From Alphaproteobacteria bacterium (GTDB lineage Bacteria; Pseudomonadota; Alphaproteobacteria; UBA6615), in assembly GCA_965222215.1 (NCBI GenBank), contig OZ244931.1:259517-323516 (forward strand): 64,000 bases of DNA, written 5' to 3'. Numbering within the stretch: position 1 is the first letter of the stretch; each line of letters begins with the position of its first letter. A program made the translations under genes and the position numbers. This document shows, piece by piece, positions 46,462 through 55,978 of this stretch. The notes under the pieces were generated by a model. It saw only the letters and a list, made by a program, of their open reading frames with translations, ran no database searches and was not told the origin of the DNA.

Positions 46462-47346
46462 TCACAGGTAGGTGCCGGGTTCCGGCAGCGGGTCGATTGC
46501 GTGGTCGGTCAGGCGCAGCGCGCCGTCGCCGCATTTGACCACGAGCACGCCCGCGTTGGCGGAAAGAACTTTTCCGGGCTCCAGGTTGCCCGGTGCGTCG
46601 GGGACGATCTCGACCCTGCGCACGACAGCTTCGGTATCGCCGATCCGGCATGTCGCGCCCGGATAGGGCTTGGCCAGCGCACGCACGAGGTTGCGGATCG
46701 AGGCGGCGGACATGCGCCAGTCGATCCGGCCGTCGTCCGCGCTCCGCTTTCGCCAGGCATTCCCCTGGTCGGGGTCCTGCGGTCGGGGTTCCAGCGTGCC
46801 GGCCGACATTGCCGCGGCGATCCGCGCGACCTGGGCGGGCGCCATCTCCTGCAGTCTCGCGTAGAGCGTGCCGGCGTCGTCCTCGTCGCCGATCGGGACC
46901 GGCTCCTGGTCGACGATCGCGCCGGTGTCGGCCCCTTCGTCCATGAGAAAGAATGTCGATGCCGTCTCGCGCAGTCCCAGGGCCAGTGCCCAGATGATCG
47001 GGTGGCGGCCGCGATTTTCAGGAAGTGCGGCGGGGTGGTAGCCGACTGTGCCCAGAGCGGGGATGGAAAGCACGTCGTCGCGGAGAAGCCGGTTCCAACC
47101 GATGCAAAAAATCGCATCGGGCGCGCGCGCCTTTATCCAGGCGGCGAGCGCGGGCCCGTCGGTGTCGTCCGCTTCGAGGCAGTCGGTGCCGAGCCGGTCG
47201 GCATCCGCGCGCAGGCTGGCAAAATCGCCGCTGCCTGGCGCGTTGCGGCGCGTCACGACGCCAACAACCTGGACATCCGGTTGTCCGGCGAGCGCGGCAA
47301 GCACTGTGCGGCTGAACAGCACCGATCCGATAAAGACGACTTTCAT
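46462..47346 (-). CDS. Formyltransferase (Fmt/ArnA N-terminal-domain-like).
   Basis: Formyl_trans_N motifs (MKVVFIGS..., HPAALPENRGRHPIIWAL). It ends 4 nt before the PIG-L gene. The ORF-track N-terminal 35 aa are probably not translated. Confidence 0.75.
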   Translation of the reverse strand: MKVVFIGSVLFSRTVLAALAGQPDVQVVGVVTRRNAPGSGDFASLRADADRLGTDCLEADDTDGPALAAWIKARAPDAIFCIGWNRLLRDDVLSIPALGTVGYHPAALPENRGRHPIIWALALGLRETASTFFLMDEGADTGAIVDQEPVPIGDEDDAGTLYARLQEMAPAQVARIAAAMSAGTLEPRPQDPDQGNAWRKRSADDGRIDWRMSAASIRNLVRALAKPYPGATCRIGDTEAVVRRVEIVPDAPGNLEPGKVLSANAGVLVVKCGDGALRLTDHAIDPLPEPGTYL

Positions 47347-47483
47347 TGCAAGAGCCCGCAACGTTCGGTCCGGGGAAATCAGGACCCGGCGCATTGTGAG
47401 GCGGGCGGCGATTCGCGTCACACGCGCTGTTCGCCTCTCGGCGCTTCCCATGAATCGCGCGCCTCGTCTAACGTCGCGCCGGC

Positions 47484-48173
47484 ATGCGGACGCTCTATCA
47501 TCTCTGGCTCTGTCCCTTCGCGCGCAAGGTCCGAATCGTCCTGGCGGAAAAGAAGCTTCCCTTCGAACTGGAACTCGAAAAAGTGTGGGAACGGCGCGAG
47601 GCGTTTCTGGCGCTGAACCCGGCGGGCGAGGTCCCTGTCCTGATAGAGGCTAACGGCGAGGAGGCCGACGGCCCGCCGCGCGTCTTCGCGGATTCCGTTT
47701 CCATTTGCGAGTACCTGGAGGAGGTCGCGCCCGACCCCGCGTTGCTCGCGGGTGACGCGGCGGCGCGCGCGGAAATCAGGCGGCTCGCGGCCTGGTTCGA
47801 TCACAAGTTCCAGCGCGAGGTGACGGTCAACCTCGTCGACGAAAAGATCAACAAGCGCTTCCTCGGGCTGGGCGCGCCGTCGTCTTCGGCGATCCGCGCC
47901 GGTCACGCCAACATCGGGATTCACCTGTCCTATATCGAATACCTGATCGACCGCCGGAACTGGCTGGCCGGAGACACATTTTCGCTGGCCGACGTCGCGG
48001 CGGCGGCCCAGTTGTCCTGTGTCGACTATGTCGGTGACGTGCCGTGGGAGGACTATCCCGAGGCCAAGACCTGGTACGCGCGCGTCAAGTCGCGGCCGAG
48101 CCTGCGCCCGATCCTCGCGGACCATATTCCGGGCATCCCGCCGCCCAAACACTACGCCGATCCTGATTTTTAG
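47484..48173 (+). CDS. Glutathione S-transferase family protein.
   Basis: N-terminal thioredoxin-like domain (LYHLWLCPFARKVRIVLAEKKLPFE). C-terminal GST domain. Confidence 0.85.
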   Translation: MRTLYHLWLCPFARKVRIVLAEKKLPFELELEKVWERREAFLALNPAGEVPVLIEANGEEADGPPRVFADSVSICEYLEEVAPDPALLAGDAAARAEIRRLAAWFDHKFQREVTVNLVDEKINKRFLGLGAPSSSAIRAGHANIGIHLSYIEYLIDRRNWLAGDTFSLADVAAAAQLSCVDYVGDVPWEDYPEAKTWYARVKSRPSLRPILADHIPGIPPPKHYADPDF

Positions 48174-48210
48174 GTGGGGTGCCGGCGGGTGCCGAACCTG
48201 ACAAAGACGC

Positions 48211-48987
48211 CTATTCCTTTTTGACGTCGATGCTCTCGATGCCTTCGCGTGCCAGGTCGGCGGCGGGCGAGCCCGGCGAATTCTCGATCACCTGCAGCCA
48301 GACCGACCTTGCGTCGTCGACATTGCCGGCACTCGCGTGCAGGGCGCCGAGTTCGAGCAGGGCGCTGGGTTGCATCGGCGCGACGTCCAGCACCTTGTCC
48401 ACGTCATCGCGCGCCAGTTCCGGCGCGTCCAGCAGGCGGTAGGCGGTGGCGCGGAACAGCAGCGCGTCCACATGGCCGGGCGCGCGCTCCAGCGCTTCGG
48501 AGAAAGCGTCGACGGCTTCCCACAGGTTCCCGGTCTCGGCGCGCACGACGCCGCTGTCGATCCAGTACTCCGGGTCGCTGGGGTCGAGTTCGAGCGCCTT
48601 TGAAAAGGCGCCCTGCGCGCGGTCGAACTCGCGGCGGCTCAGCCACGCGTTGCCGGCCTGGCTCAGGATGGCCGCGCGTTCCGTGGCCGACGCGTCCGGC
48701 ATGCCGAGCGCCAGGTCTTCGAGACGCTGCGCGGCCTCCTCGGCCTGCCCCAGCCCGTAGAGCGCCAGGGCAACGCAGTGCAGTGACGGCGGACCGCCGC
48801 CCTCGTCCCGCCATGTGATTGCAGCCTCGAACCCGGCTTCCGGGTCCTCCTGGGCAAGGGCCACGCACGCGCGATAGTCCTCGCCCTGGGGGAGTTCGGA
48901 CAGGCGTGTTTGGGCATCCGCCGGGTTTACGAGAACGGCGGCTGCTAAGCCTGAAATCGCCAGCAAGCTGGATAGACGGCGCAACAC
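48211..48987 (-). CDS. Tetratricopeptide-repeat periplasmic protein.
   Basis: Signal peptide and about six TPR units. Confidence 0.8.
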   Translation of the reverse strand: MLRRLSSLLAISGLAAAVLVNPADAQTRLSELPQGEDYRACVALAQEDPEAGFEAAITWRDEGGGPPSLHCVALALYGLGQAEEAAQRLEDLALGMPDASATERAAILSQAGNAWLSRREFDRAQGAFSKALELDPSDPEYWIDSGVVRAETGNLWEAVDAFSEALERAPGHVDALLFRATAYRLLDAPELARDDVDKVLDVAPMQPSALLELGALHASAGNVDDARSVWLQVIENSPGSPAADLAREGIESIDVKKE

Positions 48988-49066
48988 CGGGCCTCCTATT
49001 GTGGTCTCTCCGGTCTAGCAGGCTGGCGTATGCGGTGCAAAACCCTGTCCGGGGCAGATAAATAGA

Positions 49067-49942
49067 ATGTCCGTGAAGACAATGCTGGTGTTCGGGTTCG
49101 GCTACAGCGCGCGCGCGCTGGCGGAGCGCGTTGCCGCGCAAGGGTGGCGGCTGCGCGCGACAACCCGAACCCCCGAAAAGGCGGATGCGCTTCGCGGCGA
49201 AGGTATCGACGCCCATGTGTTCGACGGGGAAAGCCCGCTCGCCGATGCGGGCGCGGCGCTGGATGGCGTGACCCATATCCTGGCGTCGGTGCCGCCGGAT
49301 GCCGACGGCGACCCGGTGCTTCGCCACCACGCCGGCGACATCGCGGTGCGGGCGGGTGACATCGCCTGGGCCGGCTACCTGTCGACGACCGGCGTCTACG
49401 GCGACCGGGACGGCGACTGGGTCGACGAGGGATCGGAACTCAGGCCTGCCACGGAACGCGGCCGGCGGCGCGTCGACGCCGAGAACGGTTGGTGCGAGCT
49501 CTGCCGGTCGCACGGGTTGCCGGTCCACCTGTTTCGCCTCGCGGGCATCTACGGGCCGGGCCGGAACGCCCTGGCGACAGTGCGTGCCGGAAGAGCGCGG
49601 CGAATCGTCAAGGCCGGGCAGGTCTTCAGCCGCACCCATGTCGACGATATTGCGGCCGTCCTCGAGGCATCGATTGCGCGGCCGAACCCCGGCGCGGCCT
49701 ACAACGTCTGCGACGACGATCCCGCGCCACCGCAGGACGTGATCGCCCATGCTTGCGGGTTACTGGGCGTTGAGTCGCCGCCGGAAATTCCGTTCGAGGA
49801 GGCCGAACTGTCGGAAATGGCGCGCAGTTTCTACGCGGAATCGAAACGGGTCTCGAACCGCCGCATCAAGGACGAGCTCGGCGTGAAGCTGACCTGGCCC
49901 GACTACCGGGCGGGATTGAATGCGTTGTTAGAGAGTGGATGA
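49067..49942 (+). CDS. NAD-dependent epimerase/dehydratase-family (SDR-extended) protein.
   Basis: Rossmann-type N-terminus (MLVFGFGYSARALA) and YxxxK-type pattern. Confidence 0.75.
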   Translation: MSVKTMLVFGFGYSARALAERVAAQGWRLRATTRTPEKADALRGEGIDAHVFDGESPLADAGAALDGVTHILASVPPDADGDPVLRHHAGDIAVRAGDIAWAGYLSTTGVYGDRDGDWVDEGSELRPATERGRRRVDAENGWCELCRSHGLPVHLFRLAGIYGPGRNALATVRAGRARRIVKAGQVFSRTHVDDIAAVLEASIARPNPGAAYNVCDDDPAPPQDVIAHACGLLGVESPPEIPFEEAELSEMARSFYAESKRVSNRRIKDELGVKLTWPDYRAGLNALLESG

Positions 49943-49994
49943 CTTCATCGCCCCCCGTGATGCCTGACCATGACACTTGTCATCGAATAGTTCG

Positions 49995-50080
49995 GTCATT
50001 GCGATCCCGTAGGGCGAAGCAATCCAGAGCGGGTTTCACTCGGCCCTGGATTGCGTCGTCGCTACGCTCCTCGCAACGAC
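49995..50080. repeat. Family A repeat (copy A6).
   Basis: GTCATTGCGATCCCGTAGGGCGAAGCAATCCAGAGCGG...CTGGATTGCGTCGTCGCTACGCTCCTCGCAACGACG. Confidence 0.8.
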
Positions 50081-50940
50081 GAAAGTGGACGGATTTTGCA
50101 GGCCGTTTGCGCGCTCGCCGAGAGCTGATCGCACAGCCGCGCGACCACCGCCTTCAGCCGGTCGAGGTCGTCCGGTTCGGACAGGCGGTGATCGCCGTCC
50201 TTGACCAGGATCAGCTCCACGTCCGGCGACGTCAGGGCTGACATCAGTTTCTGCGACTGGGTCCAGGGCACGTCCGGGTCGGCGGTGCCGTGGATCAGCC
50301 GGGCGGGAATATTCAGCGCGATGGCGCCGCCGAGGACAAGGTGGTTCCGGCCTTCGGCCAGCAGGTCGCCGGTGATGACGTAGGGCGTGTCGGAATACTC
50401 TGATGGCGCGGAGAAGAAACCGTCGGCTTCGATGGCGGCCATCGCGTCGGGCCCCAGCCGCATCGGCAGCAGGTCCTCGGTGAAGTCCGCGGCTGCGGCG
50501 ATAGTGACGAGGCCCGCGACGCGCTGACCGCCGCCAAGCCGGTCGAGTTCCATGGCCGCCAGCACGGCGATCCAGCCGCCCATGGACGAACCGACGAGGA
50601 TGAGATCGCCGCCGAGGCCGGCCACGTTCGTGCCCGCATGCCGGATGACGGTGACCGCGTCGTTCAGCCAGCGCCCGATGGTGCCGTCCCGGAATTCGCC
50701 GCCGGAATGGCCGTGCCCGGAATAGTCGAGCCGCAGAAAGGCTTGGCCGTTCTTCCGGGCCCAGCTTTCCAAAACGGTTGCCTTCTGACCGGTCATGTCG
50801 GACATAAAGCCGCCGAGGAACACGACGCCCGGCCCGTTGCCGGTTTCGTTGCCCGTCCCGGAGGCCGGGCTGGCCACGTAAGCAAGCCGGGTACCGTCAT
50901 CGGCGGTGACGAATTCGGGTTCGGGGGCGGCGGAGTTCAT
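50062..50940 (-). CDS. Alpha/beta hydrolase.
   Basis: Nucleophile elbow VGSSMGG. Only the C-terminal 292 aa of the 705-aa track ORF code for it. The remainder is antisense to the GT4 gene. Confidence 0.75.
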   Translation of the reverse strand: MNSAAPEPEFVTADDGTRLAYVASPASGTGNETGNGPGVVFLGGFMSDMTGQKATVLESWARKNGQAFLRLDYSGHGHSGGEFRDGTIGRWLNDAVTVIRHAGTNVAGLGGDLILVGSSMGGWIAVLAAMELDRLGGGQRVAGLVTIAAAADFTEDLLPMRLGPDAMAAIEADGFFSAPSEYSDTPYVITGDLLAEGRNHLVLGGAIALNIPARLIHGTADPDVPWTQSQKLMSALTSPDVELILVKDGDHRLSEPDDLDRLKAVVARLCDQLSASAQTACKIRPLSSLRGA

Positions 50941-50961
50941 GGAGCAGGTACGCGAAAAGCA

Positions 50962-52197
50962 ATGAACGACGTTCCCGAGTCTAGCACCCCGCCCCATGCG
51001 GATCACAACGATACGGCGCGCCGCCTGCCGGTCGTGCTGCAGGTCCTGCCCTCGCTCGACGTGGGCGGCGGCGGGGTCGAGCGCAGCGCGATCGACGTGG
51101 CCGAGGCGCTGGTGCTGGCCGGCAAGCCGGCGCTGGTCGCCTCGCAGGGCGGCAAGCAGGTGGTCGAGCTCGAACGCCGTGGCGCGCGCCATATCGAACT
51201 GCCGCTGGCGTCCAAGAACCCGCTTGTCATCCGCCGGAACATCGCCCGGCTGCGCGAGGTGATCGAACGCGAGCATGTCGATCTGGTCCATGTGCGCTCG
51301 CGGGCCCCCGCGTGGAGCGCCCGGGCGGCCGCGCGCGAGGCGGGAGTTCCGTTCGTCACGACGTTTCACGGCACCTATAATTTCGGCACCGGAATCTTCG
51401 GCGACCTGAAGAAGCGCTACAACGCCATCATGGTCGAGGGCGACGCCATCATCGCCAACTCGCAGTTTATCGCCGACCATATCGCCGCCAACTACGGCGT
51501 CAGCGGGGAACACGTGCATGTCATCCCGCGCGGCATCGACACCGCCAGTTTCGACGCCGAGGGTTTCAACCCGAACCGGATGATCGAACTGGCCAGCAAG
51601 TGGCGTGTGCCCGACGGCAACGCCGTGGTGATGCTGCCGGGCCGCCTGACGCGATGGAAAGGCCAGCTCCTGTTCGTCGAGGCCCTGGCGCAGCTCAAGT
51701 CCCGGCGCGGGTCGGAGAATTTTCGTGTGACCGGCTTGTTGGTCGGCTCCGACCAGGGGCGAGAAGCCTACCGCGAGGAACTGGAGACACAGATCGACGA
51801 GAAAGGCCTCGGCGGCGACGTGCAGATCGTCGGTCACTGCGCGGATATGCCCGCGGCCTACATGCTCTCCGACGTGGTGGTATCGGCCTCTACCGACCCG
51901 GAGGCGTTCGGCCGCGTCATCGCGGAAGCCCAGGCGATGGGTCGCCCGGTCGTCGTGGCGGACCATGGCGGCGCGGCGGAACAGGTGATCGAGGGGGAGA
52001 CCGGCTGGCGCTTCACGCCGGGCAACCCGCAGGCGCTGACCGATGCGCTGGAAACCGCACTTGCGCTCGATGCCGATGCGCGCGCGACATTGGCGGTCCG
52101 CGCGGCCGAACACGCGCGGGGCAACTATTCCAAGGCGGGCATGTGCGCGGCGACGTTGCGCGTCTACGCCGGACTTCACGAGGCCGGTAAGCGGTGA
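50962..52197 (+). CDS. Glycosyltransferase family 4 (GT-B, group 1).
   Basis: N-terminal PSLDVGGGGVERS motif and the C-terminal E-x7-E region (EAFGRVIAEAQAMGRPVV). Confidence 0.85.
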   Translation: MNDVPESSTPPHADHNDTARRLPVVLQVLPSLDVGGGGVERSAIDVAEALVLAGKPALVASQGGKQVVELERRGARHIELPLASKNPLVIRRNIARLREVIEREHVDLVHVRSRAPAWSARAAAREAGVPFVTTFHGTYNFGTGIFGDLKKRYNAIMVEGDAIIANSQFIADHIAANYGVSGEHVHVIPRGIDTASFDAEGFNPNRMIELASKWRVPDGNAVVMLPGRLTRWKGQLLFVEALAQLKSRRGSENFRVTGLLVGSDQGREAYREELETQIDEKGLGGDVQIVGHCADMPAAYMLSDVVVSASTDPEAFGRVIAEAQAMGRPVVVADHGGAAEQVIEGETGWRFTPGNPQALTDALETALALDADARATLAVRAAEHARGNYSKAGMCAATLRVYAGLHEAGKR

Positions 52198-53126
52198 ACG
52201 CGGGCGGGAAACGCATCCTGGTAATCAAGCTCGGCGCGCTGGGCGATATCGTGCAGGCGACCGGTCCGTTCGCGGCCATTCGCGCGCACCATCCCGACGC
52301 GCACATCACGTTGCTCACCGGCCCGGCCTATGCCGGCTTTCTCAAAAGCTCGGACTGGTTCGACGAGGTCTGGGAAGACGTGCGGCCCGGCTGGCGTGAT
52401 CTGCTCGGCTGGCTGCGTGTGCGCCGCCGGCTGAAGCGCGGCCGGTTCGACCGGGTCTACGATCTCCAGACATCGGACCGTTCCAGCGGCTACTTCCACC
52501 TGATGTTGCCGGGCCCGCGGCCCGAATGGTCGGGCATCGCCCGGTTCGCGTCCCACCCGCATTCGAACAGGGACCGCGACAACATGCACACCGTCGACCG
52601 GCAGGCCGACCAGCTCGCCATGGCCGGCATCGATCGGGTGCCCGCGCCGTCGCTTGAATGGGTCGAAGCCGACGTGTCGCGCTACGGCATCTCCGGGAAG
52701 TATGTGCTGATGGTGCCCGGCGGCTCGGCGCACCGGCCGGAGAAGCGCTGGTCGGCGGGGCGCTACACCGAACTTGCCCGGCGGCTCGCCGCAAAAGGCA
52801 TCACCCCAGTCCTGATCGGCGCGGGGCCGGATGCCCACGCCACCGGCACGGTGGCCTCTTTCTGCGAGGGCTCGCTCGACCTGACGGCGGACACCAGCTT
52901 CGCCGAGATCGTCGCTCTGGCCCGTGGCGCTGCGGGCGCGGTCGGCAACGATACCGGCCCCATGCACCTCATCGCCACGGCGGGCTGCCCGTCGGTCGCG
53001 CTCTATTCCTTCGCCTCGGACCCGGCACTCTGCGCCCAGAAAGGCCCCGACGTGACCATCATCCGCAAGGACCTGCTGGACGACGTGTCGGTCGATGAGG
53101 TTGAAGCGGCGCTCAAGCTGGACTAA
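52194..53126 (+). CDS. Glycosyltransferase family 9 (ADP-heptose:LPS heptosyltransferase-like).
   Basis: N-terminus ILVIKLGALGDIVQATG and C-terminal GNDTGPMHLIA motif. GTGA overlap with the GT4 gene. Confidence 0.85.
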   Translation: MNAGGKRILVIKLGALGDIVQATGPFAAIRAHHPDAHITLLTGPAYAGFLKSSDWFDEVWEDVRPGWRDLLGWLRVRRRLKRGRFDRVYDLQTSDRSSGYFHLMLPGPRPEWSGIARFASHPHSNRDRDNMHTVDRQADQLAMAGIDRVPAPSLEWVEADVSRYGISGKYVLMVPGGSAHRPEKRWSAGRYTELARRLAAKGITPVLIGAGPDAHATGTVASFCEGSLDLTADTSFAEIVALARGAAGAVGNDTGPMHLIATAGCPSVALYSFASDPALCAQKGPDVTIIRKDLLDDVSVDEVEAALKLD

Positions 53127-53192
53127 ATCCCCCGCATGCGCCCGGTTCCGGTTAACCGGGCGTTTGGATTTTCGCGACACAACGGAACCGAC

Positions 53193-55193
53193 ATGTCTGA
53201 CCCCGCACACGCCGACCAGATCACGATCACGCTGCCCGACGGCAGCGCGCGCACCCATGCGCGCGGCGTGACCGGTGCGGACATCGCGGCCGATATCGGA
53301 CCGGGCCTCGCCAAGGCGGCGCTGGCGGTGAAGGTCGACGGCGAGATCCGCGATCTCAACCGTCCCATTGAGGCCGACGCCGAACTGGCGATCGTCACGA
53401 TCAAGGACGAGGACGCGCTGGAGCTGATCCGCCACGACGCGGCCCATGTGCTCGCCGAGGCGGTGCAGGAACTGTTTCCGGGCACGCAGATCACCTTCGG
53501 TCCGGCAACCGACGACGGCTTCTATTACGATTTCCACCGCGAGGAGCCGTTCTCGACCGAGGACTTCGAGGCCATCGAGAAGAAGATGGCCGAGATCGTC
53601 GGCCGTGACGAGGAGATCGTCCGCGAGGTCTGGTCGAAGGACGAGGTTCGCAAGTTCTTCGCCAAGGAAGGCGAGACGTTCAAGGCCGAGTGGGTCGGCG
53701 AGCTTCCCGACGCTGAAGACATCACGATGTACCGCCAGGGCGACTGGATCGACCTGTGCCGCGGCCCGCACCTGCCGTCCACGGGCAAGCTGCCCAAGGC
53801 ATTCAAGCTCATGAAACTAGCCGGCGCCTACTGGCGCGGCGATGCGTCGAACCCGCAGCTGCAGCGCATCTACGGTACGGCGTGGCGGAACGAAAAAGAG
53901 CTCAAGTCCTACCTCACCATGCTGGAGGAGGCCGAAAAGCGCGACCATCGCCGCATCGGCCGCGAGATGGGGCTGTTCCATATCCAGGAAGAAGCGGTGG
54001 GTTCCGTGTTCTGGCACCCGAATGGCTGGACGCTCTACCAAGCGTGCGAGGACTATATGCGCACGCGGCTCGATGGTGCCGGCTATGTCGAGGTGAAGAC
54101 GCCGCAGCTCGTTGACCGCGTGCTGTGGGAGAAGTCGGGCCACTGGGAGAAATTCCGAGAGAACATGTTCGTCGCCGAGGTGGACGAGAGCGAACCCGCC
54201 TCGCATGGCCATGAGCACGACCACGATGCGCCATCGACGCCGGGCAACCGGATGCTGGCGCTCAAGCCGATGAACTGCCCGTGCCACGTGCAGATTTTTT
54301 CAAATTCCGGCATGAAGAGTTATCGCGACCTGCCGCTGCGCATGGCGGAGTTCGGCTCCTGCCATCGCTACGAGCCCTCGGGCGCGCTGCACGGCATCAT
54401 GCGCGTGCGCGCCTTCACCCAGGACGATGCCCATATCTTCTGTACCGAGGACCAGATCGTCGATGAGACGAAAGCCTTCTGCGAACTGCTGCAGTCCGTC
54501 TACAAGGACTTCGGTTTTGAGGAGGTCGCCGTGAAGTTCTCCGACCGGCCCGAGGTGCGCGCCGGCGACGACGCCACGTGGGACCGGGCCGAGAAGGCGC
54601 TCATGGATGCGACCAACGCGGCCGGGCTGGAGTTCACGCTCAACCCGGGCGAGGGCGCATTCTACGGCCCGAAACTGGAATTCGTGCTCCGCGACGCCAT
54701 CGGCCGGGACTGGCAGTGCGGTACCCTGCAGGTGGACTTCGTGCTGCCCGAGCGGCTCGACGCGAGCTACATCGACGAGAGCGGCGACAAGGCGCGCCCG
54801 GTGATGCTCCACCGCGCGATCCTCGGCTCATTCGAGCGCTTCATCGGCATTTTGATCGAAAACTTTGCGGGCCGTTTCCCGCTCTGGCTCGCGCCGGTGC
54901 AGGCCGTAGTCGCGACGATCACGTCGGACGCCGACGAATACGCCGAGGAGGTCGCGGCCGCGTGCCGGGCCGCGGGGCTGCGGGTCGAGGCCGATCTGCG
55001 TAACGAAAAGATCAACCGCAAGGTCCGCGACCATTCGCACCAGCACGTGCCTGCGATCCTTGTCGTGGGCCGCCGCGAGGCCGAGGAGGGCACGGTTGCC
55101 GTCCGCCGGCTCGGCTCGAAGGATCAGGAAGTTCTTGCGTTGGCCGACGTGGTCGGCAAACTTAGTGACGAAGCGCGCAGCCCTGCGGGGTGA
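53193..55193 (+). CDS. thrS: Threonine--tRNA ligase.
   Basis: TGS domain, editing domain, class II motifs and the anticodon-binding domain are conserved throughout. Confidence 0.95.
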   Translation: MSDPAHADQITITLPDGSARTHARGVTGADIAADIGPGLAKAALAVKVDGEIRDLNRPIEADAELAIVTIKDEDALELIRHDAAHVLAEAVQELFPGTQITFGPATDDGFYYDFHREEPFSTEDFEAIEKKMAEIVGRDEEIVREVWSKDEVRKFFAKEGETFKAEWVGELPDAEDITMYRQGDWIDLCRGPHLPSTGKLPKAFKLMKLAGAYWRGDASNPQLQRIYGTAWRNEKELKSYLTMLEEAEKRDHRRIGREMGLFHIQEEAVGSVFWHPNGWTLYQACEDYMRTRLDGAGYVEVKTPQLVDRVLWEKSGHWEKFRENMFVAEVDESEPASHGHEHDHDAPSTPGNRMLALKPMNCPCHVQIFSNSGMKSYRDLPLRMAEFGSCHRYEPSGALHGIMRVRAFTQDDAHIFCTEDQIVDETKAFCELLQSVYKDFGFEEVAVKFSDRPEVRAGDDATWDRAEKALMDATNAAGLEFTLNPGEGAFYGPKLEFVLRDAIGRDWQCGTLQVDFVLPERLDASYIDESGDKARPVMLHRAILGSFERFIGILIENFAGRFPLWLAPVQAVVATITSDADEYAEEVAAACRAAGLRVEADLRNEKINRKVRDHSHQHVPAILVVGRREAEEGTVAVRRLGSKDQEVLALADVVGKLSDEARSPAG

Positions 55194-55242
55194 GGTGCGC
55201 GAAACAACGTTATTTGCGTGAATTGCGAGAAGGAGAACAGTA

Positions 55243-55782
55243 ATCGCTAGACGCCCGGTAGACGTGACGCCCCCGAAAAAGGACGGGCCACGGATCAACG
55301 AGGATATTTCTGTCGCGCAGGTGCGGCTCGTTGACGAAAACGGAGAGCAGGTCGGTGTCGTTTCGACGGACGATGCTCTGCAGCGCGCCGGCAATGCCGG
55401 CCTCGACCTGGTGGAGGTTTCGCCCAACGCCGAACCCCCGGTTTGCAAGATCATCGATTACGGCAAGCTGAAGTACCAGGAACAGAAAAAGAAGAACGAG
55501 GCGCGCAAGAAGCAGAAGACGATCGACGTCAAGGAGATCAAGCTTCGCCCCAACATCGACACCCACGATTACGACGTGAAGATGCGCAACGCGCGCCGTT
55601 TCATCGACGATGGCGACAAGGTGAAGGTCACCCTGCGCTTCCGTGGACGCGAGATGGCGCATCAGGATCTGGGCGCGCAGGTGCTCCAGCGGGTTCGCGA
55701 CGAACTCGACGAGATCGCCAAGGTCGAACAGATGCCGAAGATGGAAGGCCGCCAGATGGTGATGGTGATGTCACCGCGCTAG
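55243..55782 (+). CDS. infC: Translation initiation factor IF-3, with a probable non-AUG (AUC) start.
   Basis: SD AAGGAGAA at 55229-55236, 7 nt before in-frame ATC 55243. The frame opens at TGA 55219-55221. The first ATG/GTG (55264) lacks an SD. The IF3 N- and C-domains are conserved ([10 protein letters not shown]...). Confidence 0.8.
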   Translation: MARRPVDVTPPKKDGPRINEDISVAQVRLVDENGEQVGVVSTDDALQRAGNAGLDLVEVSPNAEPPVCKIIDYGKLKYQEQKKKNEARKKQKTIDVKEIKLRPNIDTHDYDVKMRNARRFIDDGDKVKVTLRFRGREMAHQDLGAQVLQRVRDELDEIAKVEQMPKMEGRQMVMVMSPR

Positions 55783-55877
55783 GCCGAAGCCTTCAACGAA
55801 GAACACAGAGCCCCGCCCGGAAAACCGCGCGGGGCTTTTGTTTGGGAGCAAGCACCGGCGTTGCAACACTCTCGCTC

Positions 55878-55968
55878 GTCATTCCTGCGCAGGCAGGAAT
55901 CCATTGTCGCCGGAGCCCGACCGGGCAACCGCCTGCGTTCATGGGTCCCTGCCTTCGCAGGGACGACG
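55878..55968. repeat. Family B repeat (copy B3, divergent).
   Basis: GTCATTCCTGCGCAGGCAGGAATCCATTG...GGGTCCCTGCCTTCGCAGGGACGACG. Both arms are hairpins. Confidence 0.7.
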
Positions 55969-55978
55969 AATACGGCTG

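Noticed and set aside
4697-50080. The possibility that the dispersed family A/B repeats are a CRISPR array.
   Set aside because: The copies are kilobases apart, are not separated by uniform unique spacers, and are themselves long imperfect palindromes. They are MITE/REP-like, not CRISPR.
50941-52179. The N-terminal ~410 aa of the 705-aa minus-strand ORF.
   Set aside because: They are antisense to the well-supported GT4 glycosyltransferase. Only the C-terminal alpha/beta-hydrolase portion (50062-50940) looks real.
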